Below are positions 22,151 through 35,100 of a stretch of DNA of 64,000 nucleotides, in pieces. The stretch lies in contig CM059437.1 of NCBI GenBank assembly GCA_030390025.1, positions 94,426,001 through 94,490,000 of the forward strand, in the 5' to 3' direction. This DNA is from Squalus acanthias. Its lineage: Eukaryota. A program made the position numbers and the translations under genes. The notes beneath the pieces are model-generated. The model had not been told where the DNA came from and searched no databases. It saw only the letters and a list, made by a program, of their open reading frames with translations. Each line of letters opens with the position of its first letter. Position 1 is the first letter of the stretch.

Positions 22151-24304
22151 AAATAGAATCATGCACATGGCCACCTTACTTCAAGACAACACTCAAAGGA
22201 AGAATAAGAAGTGCAAGCAATGACAAGCTACTGAAATTGTATAGTATTCCTTCAAACCAAGCAGGTGTGAAAACAATGATTTTTAATATTAACTTTTCAA
22301 AAACAGGACTTTGATCGGACACTGGTTTCTCCAATGGCCTATTTCTATTGGAGAACGACTTCCTGAAGCCGCTCTCCAATGACTGTTCCCATGTTCTGCT
22401 GCGGTAAAAACGCGTCTGTTTATGCTACAGAAACATTTCGACTTTAAACCACTGTGGACACGCAAGGTTGTTTCAAAATCACAGTTGATAACTATTTTAT
22501 AAATGCCAGTACTGTTCCTAATGACAGGATAGGTCTGCATAGGCCAGTGGTAACAAAGCCACTTAGTCATCTATACAAAGGTACGCAGGCACACTTCAGC
22601 TCCTCAGCTGACTGACAAGACATGTTTTCAGCTGCCTTTGATGGTGGCATTTATTTTGAAGGCAGAGGTGGTATTGTCAAAACGTGTGGTCGTAAACCAC
22701 CTAACATTGGTCGCGTGTGTGGCCTCGGGGCGCATCTGTGCTGCTCCATTCACATTAGGAGTCTGCTGCCATTGGGCCTCTCCCATTATAAGTGAGACTA
22801 GTATTATGAGGATCTGAAAACATCTCTCAGAGAACCACTTCTGATATGCTGGGATTTCTTTTCTCCGTGCTGGAAAAACTCAACACCACCATGTTTTGTT
22901 TAAAAAAAACTATTAAAATTTTGCTCTACAAAAATCCAATTTCATTTCGAACCTAAGAAGCATTTGCCAGGAATGCATTTAACAATGGTGGACTGGCTTG
23001 TTTTTGCCTCATCAGCAAGGTCATTATACATTTTCAACTTTCTGAACTAGACAATACCCTTTTTGAAAATATGAATATTCAGGAAAGGTTCACAAGCTGG
23101 TACAATGAATAAGAGCAATTTCAACTTTCATTTATTGGAAGCACCAGGAACTTTGTTAATGTGCTTAGAAATGTTATGTAGAGATATTTGTAACAACATA
23201 GTTTTTTAGGACCTCCTAAAGCGATACCAACTCCTCAAGACCAAAGATATTAAGGCAGTACCATCAAATATAATTTTTTTGTAGTTTTTATTACAGAACA
23301 AAGTGGAGTCTCACAGCAGTAAAGAACTCCAATCATTGAGGCTTGCAGCTGTGTAAGACCATTAAAGTACTCAGCCCACTTCAAGCTGAATCCTGCTATG
23401 CTAATTAAAATCCATCTGCACACAGCTTTTCGCTTAGTGCTTTCATAGACAAGAGTCACGTTGCACCTGAAATTCTCTTACTACCTGAATACGCAGAGTT
23501 GCTCGGTCTATCTAATGGCTAAACCTTATCATTTAGAGGACACAGTGCCTCCAAAGCAGTGGCAATTAGAACAATTGCATTTTAATTGGAAAGCAACAAT
23601 TCACGGGAAGAAAAAGATGAAATGGGTCTCTTTCATGCAAGCAAGCTGTACATATGTGACATAAGAAAATGCAGAACAAATTACTAAAGGCTTCAGGGTG
23701 CATTCACAAATGTCATTTTTGTGTAACATTATAAAATTCAATTAGTACAGCTGTGCCATAGATTTTTATCAAAAAAAAGCACCCCGTCCCAAAAACTCTG
23801 TTATACAATAACGCTGCTCAACTGTGTTTTTTAATCTGTTGCTTCCATTAAAGGCATACTACAAAAACAAATTTTTCTTCAAGTGATAGTCACACCAAAT
23901 GAAAGAGTCCCTAATTTTCTAGATTAATAGTTGGTTTACAAGTTGCTGGAGATGACTAAGGACAACACGTTTTTGTCAAGAATCAAATTTAATACCATGG
24001 CTATATAAATGTTAAAATTACTGTTGCCTTAATTGGAGTTCCAGTTATAATTCTGTAAAAAAAAAACTTGGTTCTCAACAGATTTAAGCTACTTTTCTCA
24101 GTCCACCCACAGTACTGCAGTGGACCTTTTATACTGACACAAGGCCACTTTATCCATACGCAACGTGAAATACTTCCCACAATGAAAATTATAGCAATTT
24201 TCTAACATTATGCTGCCTTCCACAAGTTGTATGCCATTAAGAAAGCCAGGGGTGCTGCTGTATATAAGAACCAACTACTTAGTCAAAAAGGCAATTGGTC
24301 TTAC

Positions 24305-24334
24305 CTTATCTTCGATGTCACTCTCACTGTCACA
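24305..24334 (-). CDS. FBRSL1: 30-nt internal coding exon (CDSESDIEDK) of an AUTS2-family gene, most likely fibrosin-like 1 (exon 5 equivalent)
   Basis: Minus strand gactaatttatctttttttctttttctaacag|TGTGACAGTGAGAGTGACATCGAAGATAAG|gtaaga: branch point, long pyrimidine tract, consensus donor. Peptide resembles my recollection of human AUTS2 exon 5 (CDSDSDQEEK, 30 nt) and FBRSL1 (CDSESGPDDK); CDSES favours FBRSL1, but the paralog call rests on 10 aa. Confidence 0.7.
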
Positions 24335-24554
24335 CTGTTAGAAAAAGAAAAAAAGATAAATTAGTCTAAAAGCACATTTCAAAACTATTGAATGAATTGC
24401 TGAAAATTTGGTCAATTTCTGATGCAGCAAAAGAATTCAGAAATTGGTTTAGGGGATGGAATGGTTTTCTTTACAAAAATGTCAGATTGGGTTCTGAAAC
24501 AGGGCCAGAGTGACAAAGCAGGCTAAATTACATTTTCTAGCTCCTAATTTCTTT

Positions 24555-24825
24555 GTACTGGGGTACAGTTCTATGGGCAGCCCCCTCACTGTTCTTCATG
24601 TGTGAAGCCAAGACAGCGTCTGTTGGCAAGCTTTTCAACTGTGGCGATGTCATAGCCTGATGAGCCTAATCCCGATGTCTACAGGGACACCTTCCGGTAG
24701 ATTTCACTGAATAACAGTCAGGAGGGGGAACCCTGACTGATTATTCCCCTGCCTAGATGGGGACACTAGGCTAACTGTGTTCCCCCCATCACCGTCCCAA
24801 TTGAGGCCAGTTAATTTAGTACACA
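24555..24825 (-). mobile_element. Old SINE family B
   Basis: ggggtacagttc..ttcttcatgtgtgaagcc..caggagggggaaccctgactgattattcccct. Confidence 0.55.
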
Positions 24826-26102
24826 ATAAGGAATACCTAATAAAACAAACTATCTTGAAAAATAAAACAGAACTTTTAACATACACAATGGGAACATGAG
24901 AATAACCAACTATCTCTTAGGCTGCTCTCTGTCACCTGGTAGGCTGTACAGTAACATGTGGTCTGGCAGTGAAACCAAGCTTTTCGGAGTCAAGCCAGTA
25001 ACACATCACACAGATAATAGTCAAATTGCATCATGATGTCTGATGTGTAGGAGGATTGGCATTTCAGAAGAAAATTCCAGAGTAGATTGTCAAAACAAAA
25101 TTCTAGGTGAAAGAATGCAAAGTTTTTATTCGGTAGAGGTTTTGACTGGTTCCAATCCTCTACTCACTTGCTATATTACCATTCTGCACCAAATTTACAC
25201 ATAAATGAGGCACAAAAGTCACACTGTAGCAAATCTCAATTAACTATGATGTACCACCTCCACCATTTAACTCATCTAAGGTGGCTGTTTGGCAATGAGT
25301 AATTTGTGTCAGCTCTGCAGAAGCATCTCGAGTCAAGCCAGTCACCTAGTATCGATAAACGTTGGATTCATCTTCTATTTACCAATACTATCTGACCTCC
25401 CCCACCAGCCCCCCCACCCCCCCGCCCCCCAACTCCTCCCCCAAGGCTGTTGGACAATATAATAGTTATGCAGCCAAATTATACTGGCACCGGCCCCGGC
25501 CCCACAAGCTTGGCTGCAAGATGTTCCAAAATTCTCAGCACAACTGTGCACGCGCAGGCAATGCTTGATGCACATTACAGCTCGTACAAAACCTGCACAT
25601 CTACAGTGCTGCTGTGAGTTTCAAAGGAAGCCAACATGGCTAACTGCTTGCTGCAAAATGAATTAACCACCCTTACTTGTGCCAGGCTGGTTAAAATAAC
25701 AGGAGCTCTTCAGTTCTTCTGAGGATGAGGACCACGGACACTCCAAACATAGTGAATGGCAATTGTTAATCAGACTAGCCATTTTTGACTTTGCATAAGT
25801 GGACTGCACAAGTGGAAATTGCTAAGTCATACTGACAGGTTTAGTGTAGGTAGAGTAATGTCATGGTTCAGACATCAATCAGAGGCCATAATCCTTGCTC
25901 AGTCTCTTGTATTGCCACATGCAGTTTGAATACAGCTGCTCCAGTCATGTTAGATGCTCTGTAGGACAGCACCACAACTACAGTAATACCTTTTATTACC
26001 CCATGCCTGATGTGTTTGCTTGCATTTGAGATTGCTACCAGGTTAAAGTGGCACATGTTCAAATTGTTACCTGCAAGAAATTAATCTGGAGGTGGGGATT
26101 TT

Positions 26103-26715
26103 AAAAAAAAATTAATTCATGGGATGTGGATGTCACTGGCAAGGCCAACATTTATTGCCCATCCCTAATTCCCCTCGAGAAGGTGGTTGTGAGCCGCCTT
26201 CTTGAACCGCTGTAGTCCTTGTGGTGAAGGTGCGCCCATAGTGTTGTTCAGGAGGGAGTTCCAGGATTTTGACCCAGCGACAATGAAGGAACGGCGATAT
26301 ATTTCCCAGTCAGGATAGTGTACGACTTGGAGGGGAACTTGGAAGTGATGGTGTTCCCAGGCACCTGCTGCCCTTGTCCTTCCTGGTGAGAGGTCGTGGG
26401 TTTGGGAGGTACAATCGAAGAAGCCTTGGCGAGTTGCTGAAGTGCATCTTGTAGATGGTGCACACTGCAGCCATGGTGCGCTGGTGGTGGAGGGAGTGAA
26501 TGTTTAAGGTGGTGGATGGGGTGCCAATCAAGCAGATTGCTTTGTCCTGGATGGTGTCAAGCTTCTTGAGTGTTGTTGGAGCTGCACTCATCCAGGCATG
26601 AGGAGAGTATTCCATCACACTCCTGACTTGTGCCTTGTAGATGGTGGAAAGGCTTTGGGGAGTCAGGAGGTGAGACACTTGCCGCAGAATACCTAGCCTC
26701 TGACCTGCTCTTGTT
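26103..26715 (-). mobile_element. CR1-group LINE (second family), 3' fragment
   Basis: ORF LSTIYKAQVRSVMEYSPHAWMSAAPTTLKKLDTIQDKA..HSLHHQRT.AAVCTIYKMH; 3' tail gggcaataaatgttggccttgccagtgacatccacatcccatgaa. Confidence 0.85.
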
Positions 26716-27644
26716 TACACCAACACTGATTCAGAGCTCGTATTTCAGTAGTTTGCAGGTCTGATTTGATGTCTGTAATGCAGCATAACCATACAATTAG
26801 TGACATTGAGTGGAAGGTCATATCCATGTATAATGTATTTAGGTTTTCTTTCAATCAGAAGTGGAAAGAGGAATATTTGCAGCTGGTGACCACATTCTTC
26901 TAAATCCAAAGATTGTTTTGTACAATTTCCCTAAAGGAATACTCCAGGCTCACAAATATATTTGTGTACCTTCTCCAGCATCTGTTTTTCTCCTACAGCC
27001 AAAAATTAAATTTGAATATACACACAGAAGGTATTTTATCTTTTAATTTCCTACACAGCAAGATAAATATGGCCACCAGTGTTCCCACGCTCATTTTCAT
27101 CATTACAACACCTGAAATTGGCATTTGGTGGTGTGGAGCACTGGAGCATTTTGAGAGAACATACTGCCCTCTCAGTCAGTAATATTTTTAACACCTGCCT
27201 TGAACTGAAAGGTCTAGAAGTGCAGCCCACTGGGAGGGCAGTATATACTGTTATTATAAATGTTATTTATAATCAATGCATGGCTCAGTGATGAAGTTGG
27301 GCAATCCCAACACATGTACTGCATGAACTCCTTAGTACTGAATTCTTCTCACTAAGAAGGACATCTGTTGGAGAATTAGTAAAATAAATTTTAACTTAAC
27401 TGCAGAAGGTTTGGTCTTAGGAAATGCCAGATGCTAAAGAAAGCTCACAAATAAGAGCTTTTTGAGCCTTTAGGAAACAATTTCATCACATTTTCACACT
27501 ATTCTACTGATAGCTATAGTTTATATACTAGAAGTATATGGGTTGCACCAAGGCAACTGCTCACTTATGACTCTGATTTTACTTCTGGTTTCTTCAGGGC
27601 TTGAATTTAACCGTCAGTAGATAGGCTTGAGGGTGCATGTTTAC

Positions 27645-28018
27645 TTAGGAACAGGAGGAGGCTATTCAGCCCTTCGAACCTGTTCCGCCATTCAATTAGA
27701 TCATGGCTTAATTCCATCTACCCACCTTGGTTCCATAACATTTAATACATTGTCTATCAAAAATCTATCAATCTCGGTTTTGAAATGTGACTAGCCTCAA
27801 CAACGTTTTGGGGAGAGAGTTTCAGCTTTCCACTACCCTTTGTGTGAAGAAGTGCTTCCTGACATCACCCCTGAACGGCCTAGCTCTAATTGTAAAGTTA
27901 TGCCCCCTTGTTCTGGATGCCACCATCAGCGGAAATAGTTTCTCTCGATCTACCCTATCAACTGCTTTAATTATCTTAAACACCCCAATTAGATCACCCC
28001 TTAATCTCCTATACTCAG
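27645..28018 (-). mobile_element. CR1 LINE 3' fragment
   Basis: aggaacaggaggaggctattcagcccttcgaacctgttccgccattcaa terminal motif; upstream RLRGDLI.VFKII..DRVD..KLF on the minus strand. Confidence 0.85.
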
Positions 28019-29439
28019 TTTAGAAAAATATACTGTCGTAAGAGCCACAACATTACATTCTGCATATTTCTGAAGATGAAGGTTATAAAAAATGGAGTTA
28101 GAGAAACATTCAGAACTAAAAAATATTTCTTAATCTGCAGTCTCCATGGAATAAATTATTTATAAATTAAAATAATTATTTAGGGGGGGAGGAGGAGGAG
28201 GAGAGAAACTTGATTACAATTTTGGATTTTTGTGTGTAAGTGCTACCAGGGTTTTCAACTGGTAATGTTAGGTGAAGCACCAAAATGCAGTTACATTTTT
28301 AAATTTATTGCCTGAAGTGGAGCTCACAGCACAAACTTGCCAATGAGTTTAGAATTCCAGAACTTTGTTTTCATTGTAACATCTTAGCCATCTTTTTTCC
28401 AGCTTAAAATGCTTCTGCTGCTGCTTGTTACAACCAGTAACTCTTAAAAATTGAAGCTCAAATATTTTCATGCAATTTGTCAAAATAAAATACTTTTAGA
28501 ACCTCTGGTATTCTGTGTAGCTATTACGTGAACATTTACTTCGCTTGGGATCAGTGGGAGGACAGCCAGAGGCTTCTGCATGGGATTCCCTTCCAATTCC
28601 AAGGAAAATGTTGGGGAAAAGTCTGCAAACAAATCCTCTGCATGATGCACACTTGTAGCTTATTCCGATTCGGTGGAAGTACCAATGAAGCCCACGCATT
28701 ATCAGATTTCTGTTGCTCAAGCAGTTGAGTAACCAACAGAACTGACATTGCCAAGAAACAATGCAATGATTTGCTGTACTATTCCATCATTTAAAATAAA
28801 AAGCAGCTTCTTACAGCACCAGTTTCACCTTCAGGTGGGGCGCGATGGTAGCACATTCAAACTCCTGGCCGGGGCAGGGGGAAACGAGGGTCCGAGCGGG
28901 GAGGAGCAGAAAGGGAGAAAGCAGATGGAGGGGTCCGAGCAGGGGTGGAGAGAGACTGGGACAGGAGATTTGGAGAGAGTAGATTAGGGTCATGGTGATT
29001 GAAGCTGAGGGGTGGTTCTTCCTCTGCCCCCGAAGGAAGTGGCGTTCATATGATTCTTCCCCCGGAAAGATAGCAGCCCACAGCCCCCTCCTCCCCTCGA
29101 GGTGTTGTGTGTCGGTAGTTTCCAAAACCTGCTTGCTCTGTGGCATTTGCTGCCCCTTGGCCAGGAGAGGGTGCTGGTGTGGAGATGCCCACTCAGAGGA
29201 GGCTCCATTTTGTTGCCAGCTCCCTGGGACAGGGTGTCCCCTCCCCACTGTCCAGCTTTTTGTAGAGGGTTCCTGAATTCACTCAGGTGCTGTGAGATGC
29301 ACAGTAACGCAGAGCAGGAATTAGGAACTGTATTGGGATGGAGCCAACCTCACGGTCATTATAGCGAAAGTTCAGTGACGTTTACGGCCCATATTTCTGA
29401 CAAATGGACTGATCTGCAATCATTCGTCATGTTCAATTA

Positions 29440-29720
29440 TGACTAGGGGCCATAAATATATAGCTAATAGTCACTAATAAATCCAATATGGATTTCAGGA
29501 GAAACTTCTTTACCCAGAGAGTGGCTAGAATGTGGAACTCGTTACCACAGGAGTAGTTGAGGCGACTAGCCAGGAAGCATTAAGGGGAATCTAGATAAAC
29601 ACACGAGGGAGAAAGGAATAGAAGGAAATGTTGATGGGGTGAGATGAAGAAGGGTGGGAGGAGCCTCGTGTGAACCTGTTGGGCCGAATGGCCTGTTTCT
29701 GTGCTGTAAAAACATTGTAA
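29440..29720 (+). mobile_element. CR1 LINE 3' fragment
   Basis: RRNFFTQRVARMWNSLP; tail gggccgaatggcctgtttctgtgctgta. Confidence 0.85.
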
Positions 29721-29932
29721 AATTACTAAAACTAAGATATAGAGAGGGGGAGAACAGGACTGTAATCAGAACCCACTTCATCTAACACTTATTTGGGCAA
29801 CTTATTTATGTTCTTCTCCATGTTGTATGTCCTGACATCAGCCCCACATATTCTCCTACATTCAGAGCCGCCCAAGAGTTTTGTCCAAAAAATGCCAATA
29901 TTTCTGCAGGACTGGTCTACAGAAGGTTGGGC

Positions 29933-30357
29933 AAAAGAAAGAACTTGCATTTACATAGAGCCTGTCATGATCTCAGGATGTCCCAAAGTGCTTTACAACC
30001 AAGTACCTTCGAAGTGTAGTTAGTGTTATAATGTAGAAAATGCGGCAGACAATTTGCGCATAGCAAGTTCCCACAAAGAGCAATGTGATAATTGACCAGA
30101 TAATGTGTTTTAGTGATGTTGGTCGAGGAATAAATATTGGCTCCTTATTTGCTCTTCTTCAAATAATGGGATCTTTTACATCTACCTGATGGGACAGACA
30201 GGGCTTCGGTTTAACGTCTCATCTGAAAGACAGTGCAGCGCTCCCTCAATACTGCACTGGAGTGCCAACCTAGATTTTGTGCTCAAGTCTCCGGAGTGGG
30301 ACTTGAACCCACAACCTTCTGACTCGGAGGCGAGAGTGCTGCCCACTGAGCCACAGC
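29933..30357 (-). mobile_element. DeuSINE (SacSINE1-like)
   Basis: Reverse complement of the 4880 element, including A/B boxes (cccactgagccacagc; gggacttgaacc) and tail. Confidence 0.85.
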
Positions 30358-31554
30358 AAGACTGATCTCATCAGCTCTGACCCCTCACTGAGGTGGAACA
30401 CTATTACTACCTTCCAACAAACACAGGAGAATTCAGTCAGTTGAACCAATAATCTGAATGTGTGACTCTTGACGAAAGTCTATTGTTGTACTGCTGAAGA
30501 TATCAAGCCTCTCGAGGGTTACTGGACCAGTAAAAAAAAAAGGAATATTTAAATAAAATACAATGATGTAAAAATGTCCCTGGTGTCACTGAACTAACGC
30601 ACAGCATCCATTGATATGCTTTCTTAAACTGTCAAGATAACTTTTCACAAATACTCCAATACTTTCAAAGATGCAAAAATGACCAGACTGGATTCATTGC
30701 AGTGAGCACTTGCTGTGTGTTATGTGGACAAATGTAAAGAACAAAGTAAACCTTTTTCTCTCTTTCAGACACAGAATGTTATTCTTTGCAATAAAGCAAT
30801 AATTTAAATGCCTGTCTGAGACTTATCAATATCATACATCATTGTGATCAGCATTATGAAAACAAATTAAAATAAATAACTACGCCAGGTCAAAGTGGAG
30901 GGGAGCAAATTTGGGGGATGGGGTGGGGGTTAGAAAAAAGAGATAACCCTTGATGACTTAGATTATTTTATTGTCTCAAAAATTCTCCTCAGTATAAAAT
31001 TATATACATCATCATCGGTTACTACCTCTTGTTACTAGCCTGCTTGAAGTAATCGTGTCTGAATATATAACTTGGATTTATTCAAACAGTTTTCACCTTG
31101 TAGCACAACGTACAGGACATGTCAGGTCAATGTAAGCATTACAAATAGATTCAAGATGGAGGAAGCATCCCACAGAGCCTTGTAAGCAATGCGCTGTTAA
31201 TAATGTAGCGGTGCATATATGTGATGCATGGGCCAATGCAATATGAAAAGGCTTCAATTCCCATCGGTTGGTGCTGGGCATGTGAAAATGGTGAAAAGAA
31301 ACTGTGGAGCTCTTATGGAATCCAAGTGACCTTACTTTCACAGCAGAGAAACTGCACAAATACTCCAGTGTGTATTACCTTCCGAACAATACTGAGTAAA
31401 GCAGCCACTAAGAAAGGCAGAAATGACATACAGATTCAAAATATTTCTGTACAATTTGGATATTAGGGGATCATTTACTAACTAACTATTCCTAGTCTTT
31501 TCAGTGGCACAAACCCACATAATAAATTAGGTTTTTCCCCCCTCTAATTTTTCT

Positions 31555-31840
31555 CTGCTCCCCTCCACAAGGTGTTGAATGTTACTGTGGTGCAGTTCCA
31601 TGAGTGCTGCCGGCCCCTCCAGTACCTCATCCATTCCTCATGAGCAAGGCTAGTCAGTGAGTATCAACAGGCCATGCAACCACAGAGCACGTCACTGCCC
31701 AGCCCGATCCAGACCTCACCTGACTTTCACATTTTCACACTTTCCAGCAGGAGTCGCACAATATGCAACAGAAGCCGGAAATTTGGCTGGATTTTCCCCT
31801 TACTAACTCAGGGTTACTGAGGCCAATTTTACCACCCCTA
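31555..31840 (-). mobile_element. Old SINE family B
   Basis: gtgcagttccatgagtgctgccggcccctccagtacctc..ttccagcagg..gctggattttcccct..ctgaggccaattt. Confidence 0.6.
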
Positions 31841-31844
31841 ATAT

Positions 31845-32122
31845 TGGGTGAGGACAGGGTCAGGGTCACTTCCCATTGTCGAATAGCCTGCTGACTTTAG
31901 CACAAGAAGAATGGCTACCTGGGCGAGGTACAGGAGGACAGACCATATCCCAACTAGTCATTTCATAGAAACATAGAAAAATAGGAGCAGGAATAGGCCA
32001 TTCGGCCCTTCGAGCCTGCTCCGCCATTCAATATGATCATGGCTGATCCTCTATCTCAATACCATATTCCCACTCTCTCTCCATACCCCTTGATGCCTTT
32101 TGTGTCTAGGAGAGGAGGGGAG
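31845..32122 (+). mobile_element. SINE family B 3' half, inverted relative to its neighbour and interrupted by a CR1 tail
   Basis: tgggtgaggacagg..gaatagcctgc..aagaatggctacctgggcgaggtac..; resumes aggagaggaggg after 32108. Confidence 0.55.
31964..32108 (-). mobile_element. CR1 LINE 3' tail
   Basis: (catagaaa)2 ataggagcaggaataggccattcggcccttcgagcctgctccgccattcaat. Confidence 0.9.
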
Positions 32123-35100
32123 ATAACTAGAGGTGGGAAGGTGAAACACCTCTAACATTGGCTTTGCTGAAGCATACTTGTATGCTTCCCAAGGACAGGC
32201 TTATACAGAGGGTAATTTGTAGTAAGAACAATTAATTTTAATGGGAAGACAGTTCATTAGTCCAGATGTTATTGTCTATTTTTCCTGTGTTTTTTCAGTA
32301 AAATGGACAATGTCATAATTGATGTATGTTTGTTCAGTTCTTGGCTGTAACACCCATTAAGTAACAGTAATGGGTATCTTATGGATGCTGCAAAGACCCA
32401 AGAGTTTAATTTAACATGATAAATTTCCTACCAGCTTTCCATAGCAAAGTCCAATAGATCAACACAACATACACTCATCACCTGCAATAATATCTGACTT
32501 CGGTAACCTCCAACATGAAAATTCTTTACCAAAATTATTGGAGTTTGCAGAAGCTTATTTAGATTCTATAATTAACAAGAGTAGAGAGAGTACAGATTGC
32601 ATGCACGAAGATTTTAGAAGTACAGGAAATCTTACACTGAACTAAATGGGATACATATAAAATTTTAATTTACATCACCATTAATGGTTAGCAAAGGTGC
32701 TCGGGTCAAAGCACATTATTGTAATGGGATATTTTAGTTAAGTTACGCTGTTCATCTTTGCCAAGAACAGCAGCAACCTATAACATCTTGACCAAGGCTG
32801 TGACCACTTAACCATGTTCAGAAACATGCAATATTCTATTGGCATGGCTTCCACTTCCAAATTCACTATGGAATGGAGTTATCAGATTCTCACAAATGTG
32901 AACTTACTAGTGCAAATTACAATTATTTTCAATATATTAGCAGTACTGCTATAGCATAAATGCAGCCCGAGAGTAAGATCAGATTCTGCCTTTGAACCGT
33001 ACCAATGTGTATCCAGGCAACTGAGCAACAGAGTGTGTCAGAGCTATGATTTGATGTCGCCACGCAGCTGTCCTTCCTCCGCCCCTCATGGCTGGACTTC
33101 ACAATGTTTTGAGGTCTGCATTAGGGTAAATGCTGCTGACCTCCAACCCCATTGAATAAATCAACGCGATTGTCCTCCAAAAACTTACTTCAAATTAACG
33201 AAAATCTAGTCCAAGTACAATCATAAAAGCAAGAAACACATGCAAGTGTAATCTGCTTTTCATTTAATTGGTGACAAAGATCACAACTCGCTGGGGCTAT
33301 AAATGTTCAGAAATTCAGTAAGCCTCAAAGTAACGCTATTGATGTGATATTCTGAGAACACTAGCTCTGGTTTCAAAAAACTTCCAACGGTGGTGTCAGT
33401 GTGACTCCATGAATGCACACAGGAGTGCCATTATCATTTTTATTTTCACTGCAGTGAATTATGTCTCAAGGAGGAAAATTAATTTCCCTGGAATAAATCA
33501 ACACTTCAGGACATGCAAAAAACTTTACTCAGAAGAAGAGTTTCATGGGTAAGGCTACCCAACCATCATACGTCAGGGGTGTTTCCATGCTGACTTAACT
33601 TGTGTAGATATGTATGCAAAAAAAAAAAATCAAGAGAGCAACCTCTTTTGGCTTGATAAATGAAACAGGAACTTGTGTGGTTAGCTTTAGATTACTGACA
33701 AACAGAGAACACAAAGAGACATCTGTAATGAAAGACGTTTAGCCAGATGAAAAAATGTTTGAAAACTAGAATTTAATAGGACAATTCAGCTTCTGTCGAA
33801 ACATTGTTAACCGTCTTTTTTCTTTTCTATTGAAGAGGCAAAGAAAGGACCTTGAATCAAGGAAGTAAAAGAAGGAAGATCGAAACTGCAGTTCTGTTGT
33901 GCAATAGTCCAAATGTATAATTAAGTAATGGGAGAGACTTCAAACTGACCCCAAGAGTTCACAGAAGTCTCTTGAGAATCTTTCTTGAGGTATTCAAAAG
34001 GAGTGAACAAAACTGGTACTGTCAAAACTGGTGCAAGTCAGACGACTAATTTCTGCTCCAGCACTGCCAAAGGAATGTTAACGCTGAAGAAAGAGGCCGG
34101 CCTTCACCTCCCACACAGCCCTTGTCAGCTGGACAAAGGCTCGCGTCAAAATAAGAAGTTGAAGAAATCTAAAGAATGGCAACTGTTGACAGCTATGGGG
34201 CTTGTTGAAAGATAAAGGGCTCTATTACCTGGACTTTCCTCCCACTGTTAACACCTGCTCTAACACAAAACTGTAAACAGACCATTATGCTCATTGCAGT
34301 ACTGTCTACATAGAGGCTAGTAGGGGATTATTCACTTAGTTGTGCCAATTGCCTTTTAATTCTTTAAGGAATGCTAGCAAAATAGACTCTAATTATGTGT
34401 TGTGGCAACAGTTTCCTCCCATGATGGGTTCAGCAGGAAGCAACCCCAGGAAAGGACATGAGAGTGTATTCGTGACCCGATCAGACTGAAAAACTCACTA
34501 ATGGGACTGATTTAGGGTGGGAGGGGAAGAGGAGATTATTTACCAAGCATTCTAGTTAATGGGATCTAGCAAGGGGAGTTCTCTGCATCACAGATGCAGA
34601 CAGAAAAACCTGCTAATGGGACTTGGAACACGTGGAGGACAAAAGTGCCAAAATATTAGGCTACCACAAAGTGCAACTGATTTATAGCTGAGATTTCAGC
34701 AGTGTCCTTTATAAAGTCCCACAAGTCTTAACACTGATAGAGGCAAGCACATGTGGTAACCTATCAAGGGGAGGGAGTTTTCAGAATTCTGTTTCCTTTT
34801 CAGACACACAGACATTTGCCAAGAATGGAAGGAAATAGAATGTTGACTTGAACTTGCCCCAGGCGAAAATAGAGGGTTGTCTCAGCTTCACTGGGTCTTA
34901 GACAGTTTGATGAAACGTGCAGTGGCTTCCCTAAGGCCTGGCCAGCAGACAGCCAATGCTGAGATAGCAATGCAAGAAACAGATTGAGCCTCAGGGCAGC
35001 ACTCTGTTTTCTACTCTCTGGGGGTTTACCAGCACTACAGATGTAGATGGCGAGTTTCTTTGTGCTTTATATGTATGTGCAAGCAGCAAGAAGAGTATAT

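Noticed and set aside
4880-30357. Inverted DeuSINE pair flanking the exon as a circRNA or exon-skipping device
   Set aside because: Copies are 25 kb apart and diverged, and such pairs are expected by chance at this SINE density
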